From the human T2T-CHM13v2.0 reference genome, Homo sapiens, in NCBI RefSeq assembly GCF_009914755.1, contig NC_060926.1: a stretch of 64,000 nt of DNA, one strand, 5' to 3'. Positions 1 to 12,799 of the stretch are shown here, in pieces. The notes beneath the pieces were generated by a model. That model saw only the letters and a program-made list of their open reading frames with translations, was not told the origin of the DNA and made no database searches. A program made the translations under genes and the position numbers. How positions within the stretch are numbered: the first letter of the stretch is position 1; each line of letters starts with the position of its first letter.

Positions 1-289
1 CTTTGGAACATTTGTTCGTGTGAGATAACTGTTTATTATTAAGTCACTTTGTTTTTATTGCTTACAATAAAATATAAGGCATTCTGTCAGGACAGATGTA
101 TGTGTAGAATTAAGACTCAATGTAAGTATGCCCTTTGGGATTCAGAGCTCAGGCATTATTGATATTAAAATTACAGATATTGATACTTGTGGTTTCAACA
201 TCTTTTTGTGACACAGCTTTTCTTTCAAAAGGAGGTCTTTGGATCAGTGTTTGTAAAAATTAACTCATTGAGTAGTTCAGTCTTCTACC

Positions 290-775
290 TCTTCATTCAT
301 TTTCAACAACTACTGTTCACTGACAATGGGCCAACACTTACGTTAGGCTCTGAGAATACGAGGATAATTATGGGATATCTCCTGCCTCTGAGGCTCAGGG
401 CAGTTCAACGGAGGAGACAGAGATGCAAACAACTAAAGTGACACCGGTGATAGAACAAGCAAAATGACATGGGCTTTCAGAGAAGAAACCAAATAATTTC
501 CAAGTGTTGGACAGGGGAAATGTGAAGGGGTTGGAATTAGAAAAAAAAATAGAGAGAGAGAAAGGAAAAAGAAAAGAAGGGCATAGCAGGAAATGTGGGA
601 GCAATGTGTGGAAGATGAAGACACAGTCTTTTCTGGAGAGAGCAAGCAGTGGTATGTAGCTGGAAAATGGTGAGGGATGTGCTACAATGAGAGATGATGA
701 GGTTGGCAACATTAGGTCTAAGCATACTGTGAAGAGCTTTGAATGCCAGGCTAGGGGTTTTGGATTTTAATTATG
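290..775 (-). mobile_element. L2 LINE 3' fragment (degenerate)
   Basis: CATTCAT..CAACAA..TAGGCTCTGAGAATAC..CTGCCTCTGAGGCTCA and GCTTTGAATGCCAGGCTAGGGGTTTTGGATTTT resemble the reverse complement of the L2 3' end; ends approximate. Confidence 0.6.
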
Positions 776-1489
776 TTATAAGCCTCTTAACAAATAAAAA
801 TTATGTGACTTTCATAAGAGTTTATCTTGCTCTTCAAAAAAGATTGTATTCAGCTCTGTAAACAGGAAGTAATAATCACATTTTATTGATTCAGAAAAAA
901 ATAGTTATAAATTATTTTGGAAGTGAGATACTCTTTTCTTTTTCTCCTCCTCCTCTTCTTCTTCCTTTTAAGCAAATCTGGGTTTTATATGTTGATTTTA
1001 TTTAGAGTTTTTTTTTTTTGCTTTATTTCAAAACTAGATATGCAATCTATTCTCACATGAGTTCAAATACAATCGAAAAATATTTTCTCTCTATAGGACA
1101 ATAATTTGGCATTCAAAAACCACAGCTGGTTTTATGTAGCCATTGATCCTTTAGAGTTAAGATACAACTTTCCTGTCTAAAAAGTATTTAGTGATGGTAT
1201 CATTACCTTTAAAATATTATATATGAGATTACATTCATGGTAGTGGTCTTCAAATAGAATATCAGGGGATACTGGGAAACCAGCGGGAGAACAGTTCCTT
1301 CATAGTAGTTATGTTACCTAGGGCAAAACTTTGAAAGCTTCTTAGAATTTGTTTTGTTCTAGGAATCTTAATGCTATTTTAATACCATTGTTGGTTTAAC
1401 TTGTTTATTGAATAATAAAAACCAGGAGAAATGGTTCAGTTGAACTTAAAAAAATCTATGCTTTGACTAACAATATAAGCAATTTATGA

Positions 1490-1782
<293 letters not shown>

Positions 1783-2804
1783 ACAATTTATGACATCTTT
1801 TTTATATTTTGGGGGGTTAGGGATATACAAACTATCATAAATTTAGTGTAAGGAAATGCTCTGGCAGCAGGTAGGAAGGTAGGAGTCAAATGTCTATAGT
1901 ACACAGTACAGTGTTATGCATGGTGTGGTCCTAATTTCTCCTTCTTCGTAACTCCTGTGGAAGTACTTGCTGTTTATCAGTGAAATCCCAGTCACTTTCC
2001 ACACAATTCTCTGGTGTCCGAAGTCTCTGGCAAACACATGAACTTGAGCTGCTGAGTTGGTGTAAACTCCTCGTGGAAGGCAATGCTCCTGAGTGCTTGC
2101 ACATAATTACAAAATGATGTGGTTTTGAGAATTTTTGAAACAGTCTATTTTAAATTTGGCTTCTCCAGAGCAATTCTTTACTCTCTGGCAGTTAGATTTA
2201 ACCTATCAAATTCACATTAGACAATAAATGTTAGAAATAGGAATCCCAAGAGCATCTTGGCCCTCATGTCTAAGTCTGGTAACCACTCCTATGGTGGATC
2301 TATATAGATCAAGCCTTGAAGTTACACAGGGAATAAAACTATATCACTTGGAGATCAGAGTCAATGCTTGTAATTGGGCTCAGATGCCTGTTAGAAACCA
2401 CATTCAGCTGCAGAATTAAAAGGGACTGACAAGCTCTGGGCAGTACAGGTAAAACCCAGGGCAAGAGAGGAAAGTCAATATCATAGAACTAGGGGGAAAT
2501 TATGAAAAACACGAAATTCAGTAGAAAATGTAAGTTCAGGGAGATAATGACAAAAGAAGGGCTCAAACATTCTTCTTTTTTTATGCAGACTTTAAGATCA
2601 AGGCAGAATACAAGGCAATGATAGTTTTTTCCCCTTGAATAAGATATTTAGTACTAATCCAGCCACCTCATTTGGCAGATGAGATAACTCAAGGGGGCTG
2701 TGGCCTATCTTTTTTTCATAACTGGAGCAGAATCTTAAACATTTCTCTTATTTAGTACTTTCCTTCTATGAGAGCACTTTTGGAGGGCACCGTGGGAGTG
2801 TGAG

Positions 2805-3412
2805 AGAGGGAAGTGATGGAGTTTGAAGACAGATTGGGTTTGAATACCGGTTCTGTCATCTTAGCCACAATCCCCTCTTCTGCAAAATGAGAATAATAGT
2901 AGTGTTAAATCAAGTTTAGCCTGAAGCTGCCTCCTTATACATTTTTAGTTTGGCCTAAAGATTTTTCTGTACATCATGAATTATAACCTAAGCGACCCTG
3001 TAAAAAGACTGTAGCCTCTTGTGCCAATCATCAAGTTTTGGCCATTCAAAGGTGGCCATTGTTGAAACCCTGTTCAAATAAGGCAAATGCCTAGCTATAA
3101 CTGATCCTGCTGTTTGCGTACCTCACTTACATTTTCTGTACGAAACTTTCCTTTTATTATCCATAAATCTTCTTCCACCATGTGGCTGCGCCGGAGTCTC
3201 TGAGCCTACTCTGGCTCAGGGGGCTCCCTGATTGGTGAATCATTCTTTGCTCAGCTAAACTCTTTTAAATTTATTTTGGCTAAAACTTTTCTTTTAACAA
3301 TAGCTTTAACAAATTTTTTGGTAAAGTTCTGTGAAAATTAAATGAGCTGATAGTTGTAGAATGCCTGGTACAGGACATGACATAGTAAAATGACAACTAA
3401 CACTATTAATAA
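2805..3412 (+). mobile_element. MIR SINE, split by the MER57 LTR
   Basis: GGGTTTGAATACCGGTTCTG..TCTGCAAAATGAGAATAATAGTAG before 2903; GTGAAAATTAAATGAG..ATGCCTGGTACAG..CATAGTAA after 3300. Confidence 0.7.
2903..3299 (+). mobile_element. MER57-family solo LTR (ERV1)
   Basis: TGTTAAATCAAGTTTAGCCTGAAGCTGCCTCC...CTTTTAACA with TG..CA termini; 4-bp TSD GTAG/ATAG (1 mismatch). Confidence 0.85.
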
Positions 3413-6400
3413 GGGGCAAGAGTTTATAACTTTGTAATTCAATATGGGGGTGGAGATAGCAGCAGAGATGTCAGGGGAGACAGGGCAAAAGACTATTGGT
3501 CTAGAGTTTGGAGGAACCTGCAGGATATTTGAGGGCATCTTACAAGGAACACAAAGAATGCCCTTTCTCAAAATTTCTGCCTGGAATTGCAAATTATGGA
3601 CATTTCTTTACATAAAGTATTAAGCCTCCAGAATTGGGAAGGGTAATCAATAAACAATCAAATTTGGTCTGGGGAAGAGGGAGATGAAAGAACAATCTGG
3701 AACACAGCAAACCCTGGGGTACTGGGCAGAGAATCAGGGAAATGTATGGGAAAGCAGGGGGCTCATTCTGGAGCTCAGATGAGCAGAGATGGGAACCTCT
3801 CTCTACTTTAAATCCTATTTCCAGAAGAGGTGAAGATTGACTGCAATTATTTATTCCCACTAAAGGAAACAGGAAAGCAAGTAAAGTAATCTATCTATTG
3901 TTTACTCCATCTCAGATCATTGGGAGTAGGTGGTTCTATCTACAAGGATTTATCTGGAAGTGCTGTTGATCCATGAGTTCCATGAATATTCAAAAGTGTC
4001 AGAGGCATGAAGCCTTGGCCAGTCTCTGTTGAGATTTCATGGTGTCTGCTAATGCAAAAGGAAAATTCTATTTGCATTTCTAAAGGATTGCAAAAGCAGT
4101 TTTATGATTTGGGCTTGATCTCCCATCATTCTCATGTTTTGTTTGTTTTTCATCACCTTTATTTTAATTACGGGATACTTGCTGAGAAAGATCTGCATAA
4201 GGAAGTGTGCTTTCACTGTCTCCTCCACCAAAGGGAATTGTAATTAAGAGCAGATTGACGAGACAGGAAGGTGATTAAATCCTAGGCTCAAAGCCTTGCT
4301 CCCCTGACACTCTTGATAGGAGCTCTTCCTCCAACTTTAACTTTTCTCTATGTGTTGGCGTGTTAACCTCTCTGATCAGCACTATCTTTATAATAATCAA
4401 GAGTAGGATAATTGCAGTATTTATTTTCAGTTGAACTATACTATTGCTGTAGGTTTTCAATTTACCTGTTGGGGAACTGAAGACAAAATTGATTTAAAGT
4501 ATTCATTTTCCATTTGAATTTAGATTTTGCCATAGTTTTGCAAGGTGACAATATCATAGTCCAAAATACTTGAATTTTTGCGTATATGTTTGAGAAATTC
4601 AGAGAAAGCATTGCATGGTTTGTATTTTGGAGGACTCAGTGGATTCACATTGCAGGAAGGATGAACATCAACTTTTTTTTTCTTCATTTACCAGAAAGTA
4701 GTAGGAGCTGGTTAACTCCCACCTTAGTGTTCAAAAACTAAAGACCAGTGTAACAAAGCCATTTTCTATTTTTCAAAGGGATTGGGAATTTATTATAAAT
4801 ATTTTTAAAAGACTGAAAAATCACTTAAAAGGAAGCATTCAGCTAAAAAGATTCCTTTCTTACTATAAATTAATACATAGATCTCAGAAACTGTCACAAG
4901 TACCAGTAGCATTTTTAATTTGAGTTTATAATAATTGCAAATTATAACGATGTTCATTTTCTTTAAACTGACATGATTTGACACTTGTGCAACTGCTGAC
5001 TTTAGCAAATTGGTAACTATTTGCAATATTAAAAATAGACATTTAAAATCACCGTTTGAAATAAGGCGTTGAAGGGTATATTAAGCAAAACTTTTTGAGT
5101 GTTCTTCTGAAATCATTTAAAAATTAACTTTTTATAGAGACATAACTTTTAATACTTGACTAAAGCAATTTTAAAAATTTTAAATAAAATTCTTTTTAAA
5201 TCTGGAGCCATTGAAGAAGATTGGTTCTGAGTGTCATAAACTGACTGAAGCATAAATCCTCACAAAGTGGTGTTTGAAATAAACACTAATAAACACTGTG
5301 GTAACTCAGTTTGGACAGCCCAGTCCAATCATAAACAGGATCCTTCTTTGTATAATGGGCTCTAGTGTTTCACAATTCTATTAGTAAATCTTGGTAGAAG
5401 CTTTTGAACATTCTGGTAGATGCATTTCCCTGTACCTAACTTCGGCATTCAGTTTACAACTTTTGTGTTAAACAGGTGGCCCTGCACTGGGAAGAAGTTA
5501 ACCATATCCTTAGTTACAGCAATGTTCTCTGAAATTTATGTTGGGGCCATGTAAGTGGCCACTCTTCTTGGTACTTACTGCATACATGTGTTAGTTATCT
5601 TGTTCTAGACATTCCAGGCTAAAATGCACCATTTCCATTATGTCCTTTGAAGTTATTGACTGAGAAATAGTTTCTACTTCTCAGATATATAGTGTAATGT
5701 TAGGCCAATTAATACTTAAGGAAGTTGTACCCATTCTCCTAGCCTCTGCAGTTGCCTATTATACTCTTATTTTGTGACAGTATTAGAGTGAAAACCAATC
5801 CAGACACTGCTCATGTCTGCCAAATGGATGGTGAGACAGGAGGTCAGACTGAATTAAATTGCACGGTTTCCCATCTGGCGTCTGATTCATTCTGTGAGGC
5901 TGCTGGAAACAGAGGAGGTCTACAGATGACTGCTACTAAAACATGACCACAAGTATGTGTTTTCCACCAAAGGATGTCAATGTGAACAGTGACACTGCCC
6001 ATGGCTCTACCCCACATTTGTGAAGAGACCAGATATAAATGCCTGTGGTCTAATATTTCCTGACAGCAAAGATTGACAAACACTGACACATGTTGGTAAA
6101 GGAGATGGTAGCTTGCTTTAATAATAGACACACATATTTATGGGTGAGATTATGAACTATTCCAATTGGAGATAGAGATTCTAGAATAAGCTAGAAGGCT
6201 CTCTAGGGATCTTTAAACCATACTGTCAAAATTTAGAGTTACTAAGTATTCTTCCCACTGAAACACCCACTATTCATGGTAAATCCATGAATGCAGTGAC
6301 TCTAATCCTGAATTGTATTGTCTGCAGTCCAGATATGCTTTGAAGTGACTGTATATTTTAGGACTCTGTTTCTTCTGATTGAAACCCACTCCTCATCCTT

Positions 6401-6554
6401 CAAGAGAATCCTCTGTTGTCTGACCCATTGAAAGTTAGTCATGCTTATTTTATTGAGTGAACAAACTAATTAATTTTTAAAAATCAAAGTTTCCATGACA
6501 GCATCAATGGACTTAACTGGATAAGTCTGTTAAAAGTGGCTTTAATATTAATAA

Positions 6555-7600
6555 AGGCAAGGAAAAAATGCTCAATATTACTAATCATTTGGGAAATGCT
6601 AATCTAAACTGTAATGAGATCCCATCCACTAGGATGGCTGTTATCTAAACAAAACAAAATAAGACAAAAAAAAATTAGAAAATAACAAGAATTGGCAAGG
6701 ATGTCAACAAATTGAAACTCTTGTGTACTGTTGGTGGGAATGTATAAAGGTACAGCTGCAATGGAAAACAATACTGTGGTTCCTCAAAAAATTAAATAGA
6801 ATGATTGTATGATTCAGAAATTTCACTTCTGGATATTTATTGAAAGGATTGAAAGCAGGAATTGGAAGAGGTATTTGTACACCCATGTTCATAGCAGCAT
6901 TATTATAGTAGCCAAAAAGTGGAAGCAGCCCAAATGCCTACTGATGAATAAACCAAATGTTCAAACATATACAAGGGGATATTATTCAGCCTTAAAAAAA
7001 GAAATTATGATACATGATACAACATGGATGAACGTTGAAAACATATAAGTGAAATAAGCCGGATATAAAAGAACAAATATTGTGGCCAGGTGCGGTGGCT
7101 CACGTCTGTCATCCCAGCACTTTGGGAGGCCGAGGCAGGTGGATCACGAGTTCAGGAGTTTGAGACCAGCCTGGCCAACATAGTGAAACCTTGTCTCTAC
7201 TAAAAATACAAAAATTAGTCGGGCATGGTGGCGCACGCCTGTAGTCCCAGCTACTCAGTAGGCAGAGGCAGGAGAATCGCTTGAAACTGGGAGGTGGAAG
7301 TTGTGTGTGGTGAGCCAAGAAACACACCACTGCACTCCAGCCTGAGCAACAGAGTGAGACTTCATCTCAAAATATATATATAACAAATATTGTATGATTC
7401 CACTTTCCAACAGTCAAATTTATATGTTATCTGGGGTGGAAGGCAGTGGAGAATCAGGAGCTATTGTTTAATGGGTGTAGACTTTCAGTTTACGAGATGA
7501 AAGCTTTTGAGACTGATGTCAGTGGTGGTTGCTCAACAATATGAGCTTACTCAATGCCACTGAACAGTACTTTAAAAAATTGCTAAAAAGGTAAATTTTT
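6555..7600 (+). mobile_element. L1MB-type 3' fragment (ORF2 end + 3'UTR), split by an Alu
   Basis: CTCAATATTACTAATCATTTGGGAAATGC, GTTCATAGCAGCATTATT, AACATGGATGAACGTTGAAAACAT, CTCAATGCCACTGAAC. Confidence 0.85.
7084..7381 (+). mobile_element. Alu (AluS-type)
   Basis: GGCCAGGTGCGGTGGCTCACG...GAGACTTCATCTCAAAATATATAT; 12-bp TSD AACAAATATTGT at 7072-7083 and 7382-7393. Confidence 0.97.
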
Positions 7601-7699
7601 AAAAAGTAGCTTTGAGGATTATTCAGAGTTTTAGAAAAAGAATGGGCTTTTCAGTTAGTGGATCTAGATTTGACCTTGATTCTCATCGACTTTGACTTT

Positions 7700-9052
7700 G
7701 ACTGGGGCCCCTTCTTGCATAGGCCACTTCCAAGGTATTGAGAGAAGCTCTAGCAACATGTTAACTGAGATACATATTTTTCAAATTTTGCAAAAACAAG
7801 CTGTTTCATCTCAGTTAATAAGGCCATTTTATCTTTCCACTTGACTTTCCCTGTCTTATACGTTTTCTCACTTCAAATGCCATTGAAAGGGCAGCCAGCA
7901 ATTTTGGGATATAGCTAAGAAGTTGAGTGAGGAATGTATTTAATTTAGTTTTAGAAGGGTAGGTTTATGTGGTTTTGTATATTGGTCAGCTATTGCTAGC
8001 CCAGTATAGGATTGACTTTGAGGAATGTTCCCTGGGCTAACTCATCTCACCAGGTATAGTAACAAAGGGATTTGGGGCTAGACGTCCTGTGGCAAAAAAA
8101 TCCTATGGTGCCTGGCATGGAACATATCTGAGTGGAGCCAGAAGCACCAACCATTTACAATTCAAAGAGAATCTAAGATGAGTCACTGAGTAAGACTTGA
8201 AAAGCTCCGAAATCTTGCAGATCATATCAAAAAGAAACTTGATGAAAATCTTCCCAAATTTGACAATAATCGTAAAAACTTACATGACATTACAAAATAG
8301 AGTTGTGAAGGTAAAAGAAACTTTCTTTCTTTTCTGATCAATTTTGGGATGTAGCTAAAAGAAGTTGAGTGAGGAATGTATTTAATTTAGTTTTAGAGGG
8401 GTATGTTTATGTGCTTTTATATATTGCTTTTTATTTTTATTTATATGCTTTTATATATTGCTAGCCCAGTATGGGATTGACTTCAAGGAATGTTCCCTGG
8501 GGTAACTCACCTCATCAAGTATAAGCTGAGAAAAATATGTAGAATTATATTTCTATTCTTTTCATAGAAAATATTATAAAACCATGGTGATAGAAAAGAT
8601 CAAGGAATATACACGTAAACATTTTGGGGAAATGTATTACAAAAGTTGATAGTTAACTCATGAAAACATGTTATTTTACTGGGTTTTAGGATCTATTGGT
8701 TTGCTTTTAAAAGTTGTAATTTCAGAGAGGAATAATAGACATTAGAGACTCAAAAAGCAGGGAGGCTGGATGAGGCTTGAGGATTGAAAAACTTACCTAT
8801 TGGGTACAATGTTTGCTGTTCCGGTGATGGGTACCCTGAAAGCACAGACTTCACCAGTAGGCAATATGTGCATATAACAAAACTGCATTTGTATCTTTGA
8901 ATCTATAAAAATAAAAAAATGAAGTGGTAGTTTTTTTCTCATTTTAAGTATATGTGCAGTTTCATATCTACTTTTATATTTATGATTTTGTACTCCAAGA
9001 AGTGCCAAAAATTGTAAAAAATACTTCAGACTTCATGAAACCTGAATTGAAT
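7700..9052 (+). mobile_element. hAT-Tip100-type DNA transposon relic (Arthur1-like)
   Basis: 8251-8325 reads, with a frameshift, FPNLTIIVKTYMTLQN/SCEGKRNF, a decayed hAT C-terminal dimerisation motif; 3' end CCAAAAATTGTA..CTTCAGACTTCATGAAACCTG; subfamily uncertain. Confidence 0.6.
8724..8919 (+). mobile_element. L1PB-type 3' end fragment inserted in the hAT relic
   Basis: AATAATAGACATTAGAGACTC..TTACCTATTGGGTACAATG..CAGACTTCACC..CTATAAAAATAAAA; degenerate TSD AAGTTGTAATTT/AAGTGGTAGTTT. Confidence 0.85.
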
Positions 9053-9299
9053 CTAGTTTGGGACTTAGGGTAATTTTGCTCTAAATTTATTTTCTGCGGG
9101 TTTGAAAATGGGTAATTATACTATTAAAAAGAGCTATTATGAGCATAAAATTAGGTGGTATGTGTGAGTTTCTGGTACATAGCAGGGTTTCCATAAATGC
9201 TTATTTTCTTTTCTCTCACATGAACTCTGAGGGTATAAATTTATGATCTTCACATGGGCTTTGATATTTTTTCTACCTGATTATACATGTTTTATCTCC

Positions 9300-9510
9300 C
9301 TGAATCCATCCTGAGTTCATTACCTTACCACCTGGCTCCTGCCTGTGGCCTCTTCCTCCTCGAATCCATCTTTGTCTGTTGCCATGGTGATTTTTTAGAA
9401 AGTCAGACCAGATCTGAGTTAAAAATCTGACCTGCTTAAAAAACTTTAATGACTCCCTCTGACCAGAGATAAAGTTGAAATGCCTCACTGTAGAATTTAA
9501 GGTTTGCAAT
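9300..9510 (+). mobile_element. L2 fragment
   Basis: GAATCCATC..GGTGATTTTTTAGAAAGTCAGA..CTGCTTAAAAAACTTTAATGACTCCC..GATAAAG typical L2 body. Confidence 0.6.
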
Positions 9511-9857
9511 TTAAGGTTTTGACTCAGCTGGGGAGCAGAGGAGGCTTCCCAGGGTACAGGGTTCTGGGAGTTGTCCAGGCTGGCGGTGGGCTGGGCCAGG
9601 GAAGAGGGTGCCCCCCGCTGCTACAAGTGCACAGAGCCCCTTCAGCAGCTACAAGTAGTTGGCTCTGGCTGGTGTATGAATCTAACATGGAGAAGTGGCA
9701 AATGTGTGGCTGGAAGACACTGCCAAGGGGCCTTCCGTGATTGGCCTTGACTAGCTTGCTAAGGAATGTGGTGTTCATCTTGAAGACCAGGAAGGGCGGT
9801 GAAAAAACTTAAAAGTCTGTCTTTCCTTTTCCTGACCTTCCAAGTCTTGCCTCTATC

Positions 9858-10299
9858 TGTGATGGTTGAACTTGTATGTCAGCTTTGTTGGATCATAGTA
9901 CCTAGATAGTTGGTCAAACAGTATTCTAGATGTTTCTGTGAAGGTGATTATGGGAGGAGTGGGGAGGATTACCACTTAAATTAGTAGACTTTGAGTACAG
10001 CAGATGACCCTCCCTGAAGTAGTGGGCCTCAACCAATTAGTTGAAGGTCTTAAGTTGAAGGTCTTAGACTGAGGTCTCCTGAGCAAGAAGGATTTCTGCC
10101 AGAACACTGCATTTGGACAGGAACTGATTGTTTTCCCTGAGTCTCCAGCCTACCCTGCAGATTTTGGACTTGCCCGTCCCCATGATAGAGTAAGCCAGTT
10201 CCTTACAATACATCGCTCTCTTTCTCTCTCAGTGCACACACATATGCACATACACACATTCAATTGGTTCTGTTTCTCCGCAGAACCCTGACTAATATA
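9858..10299 (+). mobile_element. MLT2C/D-type solo LTR (ERVL)
   Basis: TGTGATGGTTGAACTTGTATGTCAGC..TTGGTCAAACA..GGTTCTGTTTCTCCGCAGAACCCTGACTAATATA; 5-bp TSD CTATC/TTATC. Confidence 0.9.
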
Positions 10300-10309
10300 T
10301 TATCCTCTG

Positions 10310-10570
10310 GTCCAATTCAAGTATCGTACTGTTTGTAGAATCCTCTAGCTCCAAGTTAGTCATTCTCTACCAAGCTACCCCTGCAACATTTTCTGCGTAA
10401 TATCGTTCAAGACTCAGCACATGATTCATGTTTATTTACATCTGTATCTCCCTCAACATTGTGAGCAACCTGGGGACTAGGTCTCATCCATCAGCGAAGA
10501 TCCTGTGACTAACCATAGCTGGTACAGAAAAGGATGCTTGATAAATATTAATTGAATAAAAAATAGAATC
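10310..10570 (+). mobile_element. L2 3' end
   Basis: CTGTATCTCCC..TTGTGAGCAACCTGGGG..GCTGGTACAG..GCTTGATAAATATTAATTGAATAAA. Confidence 0.6.
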
Positions 10571-12799
10571 AGTGAAGGACAGTGTGTAGCTGTACTTTCC
10601 ACAGAGTTTGTGATGAAGGGCACTAATAGGCGATCAATGAATATCCATGATACCCATGTTGATACCGTAGGCAACTATGAGCCACGTTACTATGAGCCAG
10701 ACAGGATTCCAGGCTCTAAAAATACCATAGAACCTGAAAGAGCTCACACACATTTATTTTTATTAAATTAAGGGGCTCTGCTGAAGATTTCTGGAACCAA
10801 CCTGTCTCAAGTTAATTCCTCCACCATATAACCACCACAGCTAACCTCTAGTTCTTTTTAGAACCAAGACAATGCAGGGCTTGTCCCCCGGCAGGAGAAG
10901 GAGAGCGCTGGTCAAGGAGTCAGTGGTACAGGGCTGTTCTGGGTGCCTGGAAGGCCACTGTGGCAGCTTCAGGCTCTCACACCCCTCCCGAGCTCCCTGC
11001 AACCCTTCAACTCCCATCCAAGAAACGCCGAGTTTCCTGGGAACTGTATTCAATGTGATGTGTGTTGAAATGGCCATGTAGGCTAATGGAAACCCTAGCA
11101 GTCCTTGGGGAAAGGCTTAGGGAAATATAATAGGCTGTGAGAAAACAGGGTCATAAATCACACATTTTTCACACTGTACGGCTGAGAGAGATGACTAAAG
11201 CGTGTTTGTAATTTATTTTCCCCTTTTGAAAAAAAGGTATTTCTGGCAGGGTGAACACAAGATCTCTAAAAATAAGTTACTCACTGATTTGTCACTGCAG
11301 ATATGGGCACATCAACATCCACAGGAAATTCGAGTCTCCTGGGGTGGTGGCTTTACATGGAATACAACAGAAGTCAGAACAAAGACAAATCGCTCTGCAT
11401 TGGGCTTTCCAGCTGAGCAGATCCAGAAAGAGACAATGTCAGAAGAAAGTAATTTCAGGTTTCCAGTTCTTATGCCTTCTTAAAGGTGTTCTGTGTGTCC
11501 AGGGCCGACTGTGGCCCCTGTGTCTGTGGGTGGGAGCCTCCCCTCCAGCCTTCCACATCATTTCTCTCCTTGACTTCCTTCACCTGTCCTTTATCACATT
11601 GCTTCCTACCCAGGGCGATCTTGTGATGCCATTAGCTGATTGGAGATTAATAGGAGAGAGGAGGATCCCACAGGACAAACAAACAAACCAATCCTGCCTT
11701 TTTGAAAGCCTGGTTGTCAGAAGCTTCCTCCGGCAGGTGGCTGCAGGTCATAAAACCGACTGGAAGCATTTCCACTTTGTAAAGCCGACCACAAAAGGCA
11801 AACGTGGAATCAGGATTCACGTTACATGGCGATCCTGCACATGCCCCTCCACTCCTGATGAATTGCTCAGGAAGTAGGTGAGAACTGGAAACACACAGAA
11901 AATGGAGCTATTAAGCTATTTGGGCCACTGATGAGATGCTGCTGGCTGGCTTAACCTCTTCAGTGCCTGCCTAGTTCTGCTGCAGCTGTTGGCACAGTTA
12001 CCAGCCCTGAGAAATATAGGGCACTTATTTTTGGAAACATGCTCTATATCCGAAAGCACTCATGATGATGAGATTCAGCCAGACGGCAGAAACACAGTCA
12101 CCTGCTCCTGCAAAACATCAGTGTGCACAGCCGTGGTTCTGGGCGCCATTAATTATTATTCAACCAGGCTGCATTTCCCTTGCCTCCCCCAAGCCTCAAA
12201 AAGAATCTAGATTTGGCTCAAGGAATTTTGAAAAATGCTTAAGATGAAATTTTTACTTATTTTAATGGAAGGAAAACATAACCAAGATGAAGCAGCTTTA
12301 TGGATAGCACTGCCTTCTCCTTGGATCAGGTGTTCCCCAACATGCACTCCTCTGCCCCCAATCTGGGCTTCTGAGACCTGTCTTGCCACTGGAAGGTCCT
12401 TCCTTTGGCCACATCAAGGGAGCCAGCCTGCTGGCCTTGTTTTCCTCTTCTGTGGTTCTAAACAGAGGAGAGCCATCACCCTGCTCTGATGTCCATAGTC
12501 TATAGGGCATTTTTAGTTTGGGTTCTTCCTATGCTCTAAGAGGAAGAGACTGAGACTCTTTAAAGTCCATACTTTTGCCATGTGTTAAAGGGTCACCACA
12601 ATACTGACCCTGAAGAATTTTTTCGTGATTGAGACAATGTCTTAAAAGTGGCCTATACATATGGGTGCCTCACTGAAGAACAGAGGAGGGGAATTAATCC
12701 AGCTTGGAGCTGAGAAGTTAATATATTCCATTACCTCAAAAGCTTATGGCTTGAAATACAGATACCCCAGGAAGCTAGGTTTTGTTGCACTGTAGCGTC

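Larger units (their letters stand above)
7635..9207 (+). mobile_element. MIR SINE halves (about 7635-7700 and 9055-9207) flanking the hAT insertion
   Basis: AAAGAATGGGCTTTTCAGTTAG..CTAGATTTGA on the left; TTGAAAATGGGTAATTATAC..TATGAGCATAAAATTAG..TGGTACATAGCAGG..CCATAAATG on the right. Confidence 0.55.

Noticed and set aside
4460-4492. Minus-strand 11-nt microexon pattern (TTTTGTCTTCAG|TTCCCCAACAG|GTAAAT)
   Set aside because: It is not frame-preserving and has no partner exons, and such patterns occur by chance in 64 kb.
11251-11877. 208-aa ORF, the longest in the track
   Set aside because: GTG start, no recognisable domain and random-looking composition. Not called as CDS without conservation or Ribo-seq evidence.
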